From positions 62,001-126,000 of IMG/VR virus record IMGVR_UViG_3300046559_001153: 64,000 bases of DNA; one strand, given 5' to 3'. Both the position numbers and the translations under genes were made by a program. How positions within the stretch are numbered: position 1 is the first letter of the stretch; each line of letters begins with the position of its first letter. Shown here in pieces: positions 37,824 through 46,940 of this stretch. The notes beneath the pieces were generated by a model, which did no database searches, was not told where the DNA came from, and saw only the letters and a list, made by a program, of their open reading frames with translations.

Positions 37824-38201
37824 ATGACACGGATTGATCCCAGAACAATTCCTACGCTTTTCCTGGCCCACGGGATGACACCCACGCCAGGTAAAATCGG
37901 GGCTCGCAACTCGAAAGAGGGCTGCTTGTTGGCCGTGTTGATGTGTAACACGGGAATTGATGTGCGGGCGTCGACAACGGTCGAGACGATCGACCTGCTA
38001 GTCCCCCGCGGCTTTGACATCGACTATTTACGCGGTTTGAGGGCCGGCTTTGACGGCTTGTCGATCCTGCCCGACCGCGAAGAGGAACACAATTTTGGCG
38101 TATTTGACGGCCTGCAGGCCGCCAGCTGCCTTCGACAGGCTGGTCTGCTTTGCGAAGCCCCTCCCCCATCCAAGCTCAAGAAAGAACCCAATGCTGCATG
38201 A
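37824..38201 (+). CDS. Hypothetical protein, paralog family C member 1
   Basis: RIDP..IP.L...H..TP..G...CLL..L...YLRGL..GFDG shared with 57569. Confidence 0.7.
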   Translation: MTRIDPRTIPTLFLAHGMTPTPGKIGARNSKEGCLLAVLMCNTGIDVRASTTVETIDLLVPRGFDIDYLRGLRAGFDGLSILPDREEEHNFGVFDGLQAASCLRQAGLLCEAPPPSKLKKEPNAA

Positions 38202-38790
38202 CACAGAGTACTACACCAAGCTTTACAATCAGATCGTGGACGATCCGGAGCACGTGGCACGCCTCAAGTACGGCACGCCGCGGCCCGGGCATCCGGAAGG
38301 GACGATTGAAGCACATGTCGGCCATTTGATCAGCAACATGGTCGTGCTGCACCTGCGGTGCCCCGAGCTCTCCCCGGTTGACGCAGAACGGTTGATGATC
38401 TTGGCTCAGGTGCACGACGCGTTCAAAGGCGTGTCCGGTGTGCGGGTGCCCATCGAAAGCCCGAATAGCCACGCGTCGCTGGCCCGGGCTTATCTGGCCA
38501 AACTGACAGATGACGAGGATATGCTGACGACTGTGCAGTACCACGACGAGCCTCAAGCCTTGTTCCGACGGCTCGAGGCCAAAGGCCAGGTCGATCAGGC
38601 CAGACTGGACCGGCTTATTGCCAGGATCAAGGACTGGGACTTGTTTTTGGCATTTTTGATCATGGACAGTTGCACGCCCGGCAAATCTCGAGACGAGGTG
38701 AAATGGTTTTTCACTGTGATTCCACCCGGCTCGAAGGTCACGATCGAGCACATCATTCCTGACACGGCTGACGTTGAGGTTGTGCAATGA
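38191..38790 (+). CDS. HD-domain phosphohydrolase
   Basis: H...VHDAFK...HA...YHD...D spacing of HD superfamily. Confidence 0.75.
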   Translation: MLHDTEYYTKLYNQIVDDPEHVARLKYGTPRPGHPEGTIEAHVGHLISNMVVLHLRCPELSPVDAERLMILAQVHDAFKGVSGVRVPIESPNSHASLARAYLAKLTDDEDMLTTVQYHDEPQALFRRLEAKGQVDQARLDRLIARIKDWDLFLAFLIMDSCTPGKSRDEVKWFFTVIPPGSKVTIEHIIPDTADVEVVQ

Positions 38791-39401
38791 CAGACGACGA
38801 GCCCGAGATCAAGTACGAGGTGCGGATTGAGTACGACCGAGACACAGACAGTCCCTGCGAAGGGGATGGAAACTGGAAGGTTTACAGCTTCTGCTCGCTG
38901 CACGCCAATTACAGGCATCCCCGCGAACTGATGGCCGATCCGTGGCAGGACCGGATTCCGAAAGGATGGCTCAAGAGGAAGCTCAATACAGGCTTGGCCT
39001 TTCAGCTCTCGTACCACGAACACAGCTTGTGCATGTGGTTTATTGCCGGCACAGCGAATCCGCCTGACATGGAGTGGGACGGCAATTCGCTGGCCGGCTT
39101 TGCGATTTGGGAAGAATCAGCCAGCCACATTGGCGCCAAGACCTACGCCTCTCGCAAGAAAGACTGCGTAGATTTCCTTACAGAATACACCGACTGGTGC
39201 AATGGCAACTGCTACTTCTACGCGATAGAGGACATTCACGGAAAAGAGATCGAGACAGCCTGTGGTTTCATCGGTGAGGCATCTCTGCGCGAGGGGATCT
39301 CCTACGGTCTGCCCAATGACGCGACCAAGGAGAACACACGGATTGTAGGTGAGGCGGCTGGTGCTGTTGATTACGACGACATTTTCGATTTGCTCGATTA
39401 A
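38787..39401 (+). CDS. Hypothetical protein
   Basis: ATGA coupling; YTDWCNGNCYFY...CGFIG. Confidence 0.7.
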   Translation: MTDDEPEIKYEVRIEYDRDTDSPCEGDGNWKVYSFCSLHANYRHPRELMADPWQDRIPKGWLKRKLNTGLAFQLSYHEHSLCMWFIAGTANPPDMEWDGNSLAGFAIWEESASHIGAKTYASRKKDCVDFLTEYTDWCNGNCYFYAIEDIHGKEIETACGFIGEASLREGISYGLPNDATKENTRIVGEAAGAVDYDDIFDLLD

Positions 39402-39423
39402 CCCCTAAAAGAAAGACGCACAA

Positions 39424-39810
39424 ATGGCGACAACAACAACCGAGTTTGACGCCGGCCCTCGTAAGGTTGAGAAGGCCGATCCGGTCTCGCGGGACAGCAA
39501 TTTCTTCGGTTCTCGCCGGACGATGCTCAACAACAAGGAGACTGACAAGCTGTTTCCGAACAGCATGTCGCAGATGGACGCCTACCGTGCCACGAGGAAA
39601 TCGTTGTCCGAGCTGCCGGTCACCGCTCACAAGGAGAGGGCCAAGCTCGAAGCCGAGCTGGCTGCCAACCCTCTCGATGCAATCTGGGTCGTGTGCGATG
39701 ACGAACACGGCCAGTATTCGACCACTGTTGATCGTCTGGACTCCGGTCTCGTCGACTGGCGTCGTGCGGCGGCCAAGCGCCTGGCTAAGTTTCTGGGAGA
39801 AAAGGAGTAA
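39424..39810 (+). CDS. Hypothetical protein
   Basis: ORF in array. Confidence 0.65.
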   Translation: MATTTTEFDAGPRKVEKADPVSRDSNFFGSRRTMLNNKETDKLFPNSMSQMDAYRATRKSLSELPVTAHKERAKLEAELAANPLDAIWVVCDDEHGQYSTTVDRLDSGLVDWRRAAAKRLAKFLGEKE

Positions 39811-39812
39811 TC

Positions 39813-40004
39813 ATGACCCCGTCAACCACCAAACCAAAACGCAACCGGCTCGGAGAACGTTTAAGGGCCCAGGGATTCGATCTGACGACCTACGACCGGG
39901 CGGAGAGGGCCTATTACCCGCGGTGCAGCTGTTGTCAGGTTGTTGTCATCAATGGTACAGCCTGTCACGAAATAGGCTGTGGTAATCAGAAAGGATCATC
40001 GTGA
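39813..40004 (+). CDS. Small Cys/His metal-binding hypothetical protein
   Basis: CSCC..V.ING..CHE.GC. Confidence 0.6.
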   Translation: MTPSTTKPKRNRLGERLRAQGFDLTTYDRAERAYYPRCSCCQVVVINGTACHEIGCGNQKGSS

Positions 40005-40573
40005 TGTTTACACCTGAGCAGTACAAACGGATCGGCCTGATCGAGACGACGGGCCACAGAGGCGGTCTGGGCGTGCAGATCCATGTAGCCGGATTAGAGC
40101 TGACGCCAGAGGAAAATAGCCTGGTTCGTGCAGAATGCGAACGCGTTCACAGCAAAATTCAGGCTATGCGAACCGCGAATGATCCGGAGGATCGTCAAAT
40201 AGGCGATAAGATCGTGGCCGATTTGCTGCAGTGTTTTGGGATGCCCATTTACGGAGAGCGGATCCCCAACGGTTACTGCAGCCAGTCGTGTTGCACCAAC
40301 AGGCCCTGGTTGCGGGTATTCACAACCAAAGGCCCGATTATTATTGGCTGGCGCAAGCGGGTCATCTCGATCGATTGGAGTAAATCGGACGTCGAAGCGA
40401 CAGCCGAGCAGCTGTTCCCTCTCGAGGAAACAACCAAGTGGGAACAGTTAATCCACGCTTGGGGATACGAGAAAGCCAAGCAATATCTGCAGACCATTGC
40501 AGACCAGCCAACGAAGGGAGTTACACGTGGAGTCGAGCAGCTTTTGGATCCGGTGGAAGACGCCCAAAGGTAG
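40001..40573 (+). CDS. Hypothetical protein
   Basis: IPNGYC...C..PW..V.T..G.I.IGWRKRVI.IDW pattern. Confidence 0.7.
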   Translation: MMFTPEQYKRIGLIETTGHRGGLGVQIHVAGLELTPEENSLVRAECERVHSKIQAMRTANDPEDRQIGDKIVADLLQCFGMPIYGERIPNGYCSQSCCTNRPWLRVFTTKGPIIIGWRKRVISIDWSKSDVEATAEQLFPLEETTKWEQLIHAWGYEKAKQYLQTIADQPTKGVTRGVEQLLDPVEDAQR

Positions 40574-40632
40574 AACTGCGTCTTTTATTTGAGGATCATC
40601 CCTGGCGCCATTCACACTGAAGGAGTTACGAC

Positions 40633-40965
40633 ATGGCCAAGAAACAAGCCAAAAAGCCGACGAAGAAGACGTTCCCACGCGGCAATGAACTGCTGCGACA
40701 GGTGGTTAATCAGATCATAAAGCACCCTGAAACGTGGGATCAGTCCAACTGGCACTGCGGTAGCTCTCACTGCGTCGGCGGTTGGGCGCAGGTCATGGGA
40801 GGCAGAGAACCCGATGCCGCGAGAGTTTTTGAGGATGCCAGGAAACTGCTTGGATTGAGTGAGGGCCAGGCATCTTGGCTTTTTTACGGCGGTCGTACGT
40901 TCGAAGAAATTTACTGTTTTGCCGCGCAGCGATTGGAAAAGTCGTGCGCACTACCCCTACTGTGA
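40633..40965 (+). CDS. Hypothetical protein with W-H-C-x2-3-HC-x2-GW motif
   Basis: WDQSNWHCGSSHCVGGWA...ARKLLGL...ASWLF; motif shared with C-terminus of 62073. Confidence 0.7.
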   Translation: MAKKQAKKPTKKTFPRGNELLRQVVNQIIKHPETWDQSNWHCGSSHCVGGWAQVMGGREPDAARVFEDARKLLGLSEGQASWLFYGGRTFEEIYCFAAQRLEKSCALPLL

Positions 40966-40977
40966 CAGGAGCTGCCA

Positions 40978-41892
40978 ATGTCGACGAACGACCAGGAAGT
41001 GATTCGTGCGTTGCGATCAGACATCCAGCACGCTCAGGCCGAAGCGAAACGCCGGGAGCCAGATTATCCGTGGAGTCTTGGTACAGCGGCTGAAGCTGTG
41101 TGGGTACTCGGTGAGTCGCTGGCCGGGACAAGAGCAGCGAATACCGATTTACACGCCGAACTCTCCAGGCTGAAACTGGAATTGGCCCAGGCATACTGGA
41201 ACCGGGGTACTCCGAAAACCCCCACTTCGCCAGTCCCAGCCCTGAGCTACGAGCAGAGAAAAGACTACGCTTGCGAGGTTTGCAGTAACGTCCCGGACGA
41301 GGAAGGTCGCCTTGAGCACGGCCGAGGGTGTTACACGCAAAGCAGCGACGGCGGTGGAAGCAGCCGCGTTGAATTTGAACCAGCAGTCCTGACCGTGCCA
41401 GACTCTGGGTGGATACCGTCGTTCGATGAAATTCGTAACGTGCTCTCGATTTCAAAAGTCAGCACGCACGGAGAATTGTGGATTGCGATGCAGCAGGCTC
41501 TCGGAATGCTCAATCGCCGCCAGCAGTTGCCTCCCCTTAAACCCGAAGAAAGGAGATCAACCATGAAGATGATTTTTCGATGCCAGTGGATCAAAACGTC
41601 TGCGGGGCACAGGCCCAAAGCTGACGCGAACGGGGTCTATTTGCGGAATGTGCACGGCCGATACATCTACGAGAAATGCGAGCAATTCGCTGTTCGCCTG
41701 GAGCCGGTCAGCTTTCCACCCGCAGTCGCCGCCGTGACGGATCCGGATGTTCACGCGAATGCGAAGATCTGGCCCGGTGGTGGGGCGGTGGGGTCCATCA
41801 CGTTGGACTCAATTAGCCAGGAAGCGGCTGCCCATTTCAAGGTCGGAGAGGATTACGTTATTGACCCTGTTTGCCTGCCCGAAAAGTCTTGA
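40978..41892 (+). CDS. Hypothetical multi-domain protein
   Basis: CEVC...EHGRGC motif; long ORF. Confidence 0.6.
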   Translation: MSTNDQEVIRALRSDIQHAQAEAKRREPDYPWSLGTAAEAVWVLGESLAGTRAANTDLHAELSRLKLELAQAYWNRGTPKTPTSPVPALSYEQRKDYACEVCSNVPDEEGRLEHGRGCYTQSSDGGGSSRVEFEPAVLTVPDSGWIPSFDEIRNVLSISKVSTHGELWIAMQQALGMLNRRQQLPPLKPEERRSTMKMIFRCQWIKTSAGHRPKADANGVYLRNVHGRYIYEKCEQFAVRLEPVSFPPAVAAVTDPDVHANAKIWPGGGAVGSITLDSISQEAAAHFKVGEDYVIDPVCLPEKS

Positions 41893-41918
41893 CGCAGGTA
41901 GATGGCTCCGAGTAAGGT
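41889..41918 (+). promoter_or_regulatory. Putative sigma70-type promoter
   Basis: TTGACG-N18-TAAGGT upstream of secreted-protein gene. Confidence 0.4.
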
Positions 41919-41980
41919 GTTGTTCCCCCGTCTGAAGGCGGTGGAGAGTTTTTGTGTGTTTTGACAGAAGGAAGTGAAGC

Positions 41981-42643
41981 ATGAAGAAGTTTTTGAGCGT
42001 CGTTCTTGTTTTGTGTTGTGCGTCGAGCGTGGCCTACGCTCAACCGTGTCCGCCAGACCCCGGCACCGGCTGTTGCACCCCCTGCAACGCTCAACCCTGC
42101 GAGTACTCGTGTGTCACCGGCTGCTGTACTTTAGCGGTGACACAAAAAAAGATCCGTGCGGCGGATAAAGCCATTGATCTTGCCAGTGGCTGGTACCAGA
42201 ATCACGTGGAGGGCATCCAAGAGACTGCGAATGACGACGCGGTCTCGGTGGCCATTATCCAGTACAACGTGAACCATGGCGTCTATCCGCTCAACGGAAT
42301 GCAGATTGGCCAAATTAACGCCAAATTTGCATTCTTTTGGTACTCCATCGATTACGGAAACAGCTACTGCAAATCAGGGCACCGGAAAATGGATATTAGT
42401 GCAACACCCACAAAAGGTGCACGCAAAAACATCGAAGATGCCCGAACGGCCGTAGCGACAACCACGTACGTTAGCGAAGAGGCCGCGCAGGAATTGGCCG
42501 ACGCAGCCTTCGGACTGGCTCAGGCGGCCTATCATTCAGCCGACATTCCCAGCCCTCCAGGCGGGGATTACTATGAGGCCAACGCGGGCTACACGGCCGC
42601 CATCGGGAGTTACGGGGACATCCTGGCCTTTTTCCCCTGGTAA
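41981..42643 (+). CDS. Secreted protein with Cys-rich N-terminus
   Basis: Signal peptide MKKFLSVVLVLCCASSVAYA; CPP..G.GCC.PC...C..SC..GCC. Confidence 0.75.
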   Translation: MKKFLSVVLVLCCASSVAYAQPCPPDPGTGCCTPCNAQPCEYSCVTGCCTLAVTQKKIRAADKAIDLASGWYQNHVEGIQETANDDAVSVAIIQYNVNHGVYPLNGMQIGQINAKFAFFWYSIDYGNSYCKSGHRKMDISATPTKGARKNIEDARTAVATTTYVSEEAAQELADAAFGLAQAAYHSADIPSPPGGDYYEANAGYTAAIGSYGDILAFFPW

Positions 42644-42683
42644 ATCCCAGGTCTGAAAACTGAGTCCGTTCAAGTTCAAGTTG

Positions 42684-42726
42684 CCCGGCAGATTGTCCAT
42701 TTGACAGTCTGCCGGGTCTTTTTATT
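42684..42726 (+). terminator. Rho-independent terminator
   Basis: 14-bp stem cccggcagattgtc/gacagtctgccggg then tctttttatt. Confidence 0.85.
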
Positions 42727-42739
42727 GGGGAGACTGATA

Positions 42740-43003
42740 ATGCCTTTACAGACAGACTGCATGTATATGGCTGAGAAACACCACAATCGCCAATCGTGGG
42801 GCAAACAATTCGCAGCCACGTTTGGACGGCCGCTCAAGCCCTACCTGGACGCGCGGACCGGCTTTGACGTCATCAAATTCGACGAAGAGCTGATCAAGCC
42901 GCCCGACGGACAGTCCTGCGAGGATGTCGTGCGGGAACAGCATGGGGAAGACGCCGTCACGATGATCAAGTCGCTGATTTCCGGGATCCGCAAACACCAT
43001 TGA
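42740..43003 (+). CDS. Hypothetical protein
   Basis: GGGGAG SD; start uncertain. Confidence 0.6.
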   Translation: MPLQTDCMYMAEKHHNRQSWGKQFAATFGRPLKPYLDARTGFDVIKFDEELIKPPDGQSCEDVVREQHGEDAVTMIKSLISGIRKHH

Positions 43004-43015
43004 GGGAGAAAGAAC

Positions 43016-43312
43016 ATGGCAGGCAAGAAGGACAGTTTGAACTACGGCGTTGTCGCCGCCCCGCACAATCAGGCTGGCGTGACAATCTGGCTGGCAGTTG
43101 AGTCAGGCGATGGCATCCTGGCTGATATAGGCAATCCGGTCGCCTGCCTGGGATTTGTGATCTGCGAAGGCCTGAATCTGTGGACGGCTTTCAGGGTGCG
43201 AGGCAACAACACGGCGCGTGTGGGCGTCTGTCTGCCTGACAGGTCAACTGCGATCAATCGGGTAATGTCGAGCCAGGATTGGGCCGAGGGAGAGACTCAC
43301 GAGTCAATTTGA
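43016..43312 (+). CDS. Hypothetical protein
   Basis: GAGGGAG SD. Confidence 0.65.
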   Translation: MAGKKDSLNYGVVAAPHNQAGVTIWLAVESGDGILADIGNPVACLGFVICEGLNLWTAFRVRGNNTARVGVCLPDRSTAINRVMSSQDWAEGETHESI

Positions 43313-43490
43313 TGAAGACACCTTTTTGAAAGCCCTCGTGCTGCTGGCACTAAGGCTCAGCAAGGGAGACCCGTACAGGCTGATCAACGAGGCTTTGTGC
43401 GAGCTGAACCATGACGGATTGTCGCTACGAGAGCTGCTGGATGTGGAGCTGTCTATTCCCGAGGAGATTCGAGAACGCCAGGGTAAATAA
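43299..43490 (+). CDS. Hypothetical protein (63 aa) with apparent ACG start
   Basis: GAGGGAG 6 nt before in-frame ACG; frame SQFDEDTFLKALVLLALRLSKG...; no ATG/GTG/TTG upstream in frame. Confidence 0.5.
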   Translation, partial: TSQFDEDTFLKALVLLALRLSKGDPYRLINEALCELNHDGLSLRELLDVELSIPEEIRERQGK

Positions 43491-43561
43491 GCCCAGGTCG
43501 AGAGCAACAAAACGAGCAGCGAACTGGCAAGTAAACCCACACCAACAGGAGATCGGCGACA

Positions 43562-43930
43562 ATGCCCGGTAAAAAGACGACAAAGCACACGCCCAAACCA
43601 TGGCGCAAGGACATGCAGTTCGTCGTGGCGGATGATCCGACTGGCGAACATCCTGACATCTACATCGCTGAGATCGTCGTAGCGGACGAGGAAAGCCGGT
43701 ATGTGCTGAGTGAGGATGAACAGGACGCCAATGGCCGTCTGATAGCGGCGGCACCTGAGCTGCTGGACGCATTGATTCGCCTATGCGAATACGGGAACCT
43801 TTTGTTGACCCGCACAGGCGCATCAGGCCACAGGCAAACGGCTAGCGGAGAGTGGGTCGCCGATCCCGCCTCACAAGCGTTTCTTGATGCCCGCAAAGTC
43901 ATCATCAAAGCAACAGAAGGGGACGAATAA
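43562..43930 (+). CDS. Hypothetical protein, 'NARLIAAAPEL' phage family
   Basis: DANGRLIAAAPELLDAL. Confidence 0.75.
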   Translation: MPGKKTTKHTPKPWRKDMQFVVADDPTGEHPDIYIAEIVVADEESRYVLSEDEQDANGRLIAAAPELLDALIRLCEYGNLLLTRTGASGHRQTASGEWVADPASQAFLDARKVIIKATEGDE

Positions 43931-43932
43931 CA

Positions 43933-44322
43933 ATGTCTGAGTCAGAATTAGAGAGATGGGTGTGCGATGAATGCCCGGATGCGAATGGGTTCATGACGAT
44001 TCGCCTGGCAGACGGGACACCAAATGGTGATACGGGATCTCAGCCGATTGCCACCGTCTACAACAGAAGCAACGGTCAATTGATTGCCGCGGCGCCTGAG
44101 CTGTTTGCCGCGTTGAATAGCATTTATTACCTGGCCGAAAAGGGGCTCGAGCAGCTCGAGTCTGCTGCGAATGACGGAGTACCGGGGGCGCAGGCTGCCT
44201 ATGACAAGGCTGACAGGGTGGTGGAGGCGGTATTAATCGCTTTTGGCGATGCGATAGACCTGTGGGGCGACTCGCCGGTCGAAGCGGAGAAAAAGGACCC
44301 CGAACAGCGAACTGGGCAGTAA
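43933..44322 (+). CDS. Hypothetical protein, 'NARLIAAAPEL' phage family
   Basis: SNGQLIAAAPELFAAL. Confidence 0.75.
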   Translation: MSESELERWVCDECPDANGFMTIRLADGTPNGDTGSQPIATVYNRSNGQLIAAAPELFAALNSIYYLAEKGLEQLESAANDGVPGAQAAYDKADRVVEAVLIAFGDAIDLWGDSPVEAEKKDPEQRTGQ

Positions 44323-44370
44323 GACAGACACCAATCCACCCGAGACAGAACAGGAGAAACCAACAAGGCC

Positions 44371-44745
44371 ATGAAGACTAAATCAAAATCCGACCTCTAC
44401 GACGCGGCCATTGAGCGGCTGATACGGATGCCGTGGAATGACGTGCAACAGCGGTGGGTGTGGGGCGCGGCTGAACATCCCGACGATGAGTCGAGACTGT
44501 TCGCTATGTGCGGGCCGCAGCTGTCAGGTTGTGGGTGTCCCACTATGGTACGGAGCGGGATGCCCGCGTCTACCCGCGAACTCACTAAGTCTATCCACCG
44601 CATGAGGAGCATCCCTGAATGCATCCTAGAACTCGAACTCCTCTGGGAGAAGGGCGTCTCGCTCGCCAGGCGACGGGCTGCGTTGCGGGGTTTTGCACGG
44701 GCGCAGAGGCTGGTCGACAAGGTCACGGGGCGTACCTGGAAGTAA
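44371..44745 (+). CDS. Hypothetical protein, paralog family A member 3 (divergent)
   Basis: LYDAAIERL...W...LF..C...CGCPTMVR...ELT..I...RR..L..FA..QR..DK. Confidence 0.7.
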   Translation: MKTKSKSDLYDAAIERLIRMPWNDVQQRWVWGAAEHPDDESRLFAMCGPQLSGCGCPTMVRSGMPASTRELTKSIHRMRSIPECILELELLWEKGVSLARRRAALRGFARAQRLVDKVTGRTWK

Positions 44746-44786
44746 GGCCAAATAACGATCATTACTCAAACAGACTGGGGGACAGA

Positions 44787-45605
44787 ATGGAATTCAAATC
44801 AACGGTAGATGTGCGCGTGGTGCAGGCGATGGGAGGGGACCACATGATTGTGGCGGCCGCCAAGGTGAGCACAAACGGGCCGTCCGCCTTAAGTTTTGCG
44901 AGAAAAGGGGTTCGCGTCAGTCGCGAGTGGCTGGAAGATGCCGGATGCATTTTTGATGCAGACGGTGAGATTCCAGTCGCATTGAACAGCCAAGGCGAAC
45001 CGTGGTCAGAAAAGGACACGGCCGGCCTGATCGGCTACCTCATCAAGCACAGGCACGGCACTCCCTTTGAGCATTCGGCGATCACGTTCTTTGTGCATGC
45101 ACCGCTGTTTGTCTGGCGTGAGTGGCACCGGCACCGGATCGGCTTTTCTTACAACGAAGAGTCGGCCAGATATAAAACACTGGAGCCGATCTTCTACCTG
45201 CCTGACCGTGAGCGGCCCATGATGAAGGTGGACGGCTGGAAACCAGGCAGGCCAAAGTTTCTGCGGTGCGAAGATGACGTGAAGTTCGAGAAGCTTTGCA
45301 GCAACCTGAGGGATGACTACGAGAGGAGCTACGCCCACTACCTGGAAAACCTGGAAATGGGGTTCGATCCAGGGCTGGCGCGTGATGGCCTGAATGTTGG
45401 CATTTACTCAGGCTGCTGGGTGACCTGCAATCCGCGGTCGCTCATGGCCTTCCTGTCGCTTCGCGTGCATTCACCGGAATCGACATTCGTCAGCTACCCG
45501 CTCTGGGAGATTGACTTGGCAGCCAGGGCGTGCGAATTGGCACTGGTAGCAGGCTGGCCGATTACTCACGCGGCATTCGTGGCAAATGGAAGAGTGGCCC
45601 CGTAG
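44787..45605 (+). CDS. thyX: Flavin-dependent thymidylate synthase
   Basis: HGTPFEH, REWHRHRIGFSYNEESARY (RHR-x7-S), NPRSLMAFLSLR. Confidence 0.95.
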   Translation: MEFKSTVDVRVVQAMGGDHMIVAAAKVSTNGPSALSFARKGVRVSREWLEDAGCIFDADGEIPVALNSQGEPWSEKDTAGLIGYLIKHRHGTPFEHSAITFFVHAPLFVWREWHRHRIGFSYNEESARYKTLEPIFYLPDRERPMMKVDGWKPGRPKFLRCEDDVKFEKLCSNLRDDYERSYAHYLENLEMGFDPGLARDGLNVGIYSGCWVTCNPRSLMAFLSLRVHSPESTFVSYPLWEIDLAARACELALVAGWPITHAAFVANGRVAP

Positions 45606-45663
45606 AGGGTTTGGAACGACATTTCGTGAAAGTGGCAATTTCAAATGAAAGTGGCAGATCAAA

Positions 45664-45927
45664 ATGAGAAGACTCGTAAACGTGCAGGAAGTGGAGGGCG
45701 ATGGGCTCATGGCTTTCATGGGCGAGCGGATCACGCTCTACTGTCTTAATTACATCTACACCGGGTTGCTCATTGGAGTGAATGACACCTGCGTCGTCCT
45801 GAAAGACGCAGCAATCGTCTATGAGACTGGGCCACTGCTGGAGAAGGATTGGAAGGAAGCGCAGGGATTTCCGTCAGACTGGTACGTTCAGATTTCGTCA
45901 ATCGAGAGCTTCGGGAGGCTTAAATGA
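45664..45927 (+). CDS. Conserved phage hypothetical protein
   Basis: EGL....G..ITLYC.NYIYTG.L.GVN...V.L.DA.IVYETG...WY.Q...IESFG. Confidence 0.75.
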   Translation: MRRLVNVQEVEGDGLMAFMGERITLYCLNYIYTGLLIGVNDTCVVLKDAAIVYETGPLLEKDWKEAQGFPSDWYVQISSIESFGRLK

Positions 45928-46109
45928 AACGATCTGCGAAGCAAAAATGCAGGAGCTTGAGCTGGAGCCTGAGCCGGAGCAAGAGCCTGAGCCTGAGCTT
46001 GAGCGGGAGCCGGAGCCTGAGCGGGGGCCTGAACTGGGGCTGGAGCCTGAGCGGGAGCCTGAACCGGGGCTGGAGCCTGAGCGGGAGCCGGAGCTTGAGC
46101 GGGCGTTAG
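45924..46109 (+). CDS. Small Ser-X dipeptide repeat protein
   Basis: GGGAGG SD, ATGA overlap; SLSWSLSRSKSLSLSLSGSRSLSG... Confidence 0.6.
   Translation: MKRSAKQKCRSLSWSLSRSKSLSLSLSGSRSLSGGLNWGWSLSGSLNRGWSLSGSRSLSGR
45953..46102. repeat. Hexamer tandem repeat (25 x GAGCNN-like) with a nested 30-bp duplication
   Basis: gagctt gagctg gagcct gagccg...; 46031-46060 and 46061-46090 differ at 2 positions. Confidence 0.9.
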
Positions 46110-46224
46110 TGTGTTGTAGCTGAAGTAAAAGGTTGTTTGAGCTTGGAACAGGTTTTGCTATTCGGGCCGGGTGGGACACACTCACCCGGATTCTCACGCG
46201 TAGGCGTCAATTCAGGGAATCCCC

Positions 46225-46722
46225 ATGAAAAAGACAATTGAGATCACAATCTGCGATTGGGCTCACTGCGAGAACAACGGCAGCACTCGGTGTGCGGCGT
46301 GCGGCTGTGACGTTTGTGACTCGCATTTGAGAGACAATCAATACGTATGTGAAGGATCCACGGGAGCTATGTTATCGCTGCAAGTACTGGTCTGTCCGGC
46401 CTGCTTTTCGGACGAGATAACCGCGAACATAGCCAGAGACAGACTGCAACAAATCCTTGCGGATGCCTGGTCGCGTCCGTTCGCAGATAAAACCAAGAAG
46501 GCTGATCAACCATCCGTTGTGAAGCGTTGCGAACGGGACCGGTTGGTCGACATCTTTGGCACGGCTTACGCTACGCTGTTGGCTCTTCGAGCGAATTCCC
46601 TGCCCGAGCTCGGTGTGCCGTGGTGCATCATTTCGTCTAACCTGGACTCGCTGCACGATCTGCTGACCTCGCTCGATAAGGACGCTCCGGCCAGGTTCGA
46701 GAAGGAGCTGCCTAAGGCGTAG
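46225..46722 (+). CDS. Hypothetical protein with N-terminal Cys/His cluster
   Basis: CD..HC...C..CG..VC..H...C...C..C. Confidence 0.65.
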   Translation: MKKTIEITICDWAHCENNGSTRCAACGCDVCDSHLRDNQYVCEGSTGAMLSLQVLVCPACFSDEITANIARDRLQQILADAWSRPFADKTKKADQPSVVKRCERDRLVDIFGTAYATLLALRANSLPELGVPWCIISSNLDSLHDLLTSLDKDAPARFEKELPKA

Positions 46723-46760
46723 TTGGTTTAACCAATTTGGCACGTTTGAAAGGATTGATC

Positions 46761-46937
46761 ATGGAAGTTGTCCGCGTGCGGAAGACAAACGACACAGTCC
46801 GACAGGCAGCCGATAAAACCAGCGATTACGACGCCTGGCCTGATCGTCGTGAGGAGTACCCCGACATCCGATTCCCAGCCAGGCACGGGTACGACCCGGC
46901 CTTCTTCGACATCCAGTACCACGGAAGCGAGCTGTAA
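46761..46937 (+). CDS. Small hypothetical protein
   Basis: GAAAGGA SD. Confidence 0.5.
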   Translation: MEVVRVRKTNDTVRQAADKTSDYDAWPDRREEYPDIRFPARHGYDPAFFDIQYHGSEL

Positions 46938-46940
46938 CCG

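Noticed and set aside
45821-46197. Poly-EP (+) and poly-SG (-) ORFs over the hexamer repeat
   Set aside because: Overlap the upstream gene or lie antisense; the Ser-X frame has the SD and ATGA coupling
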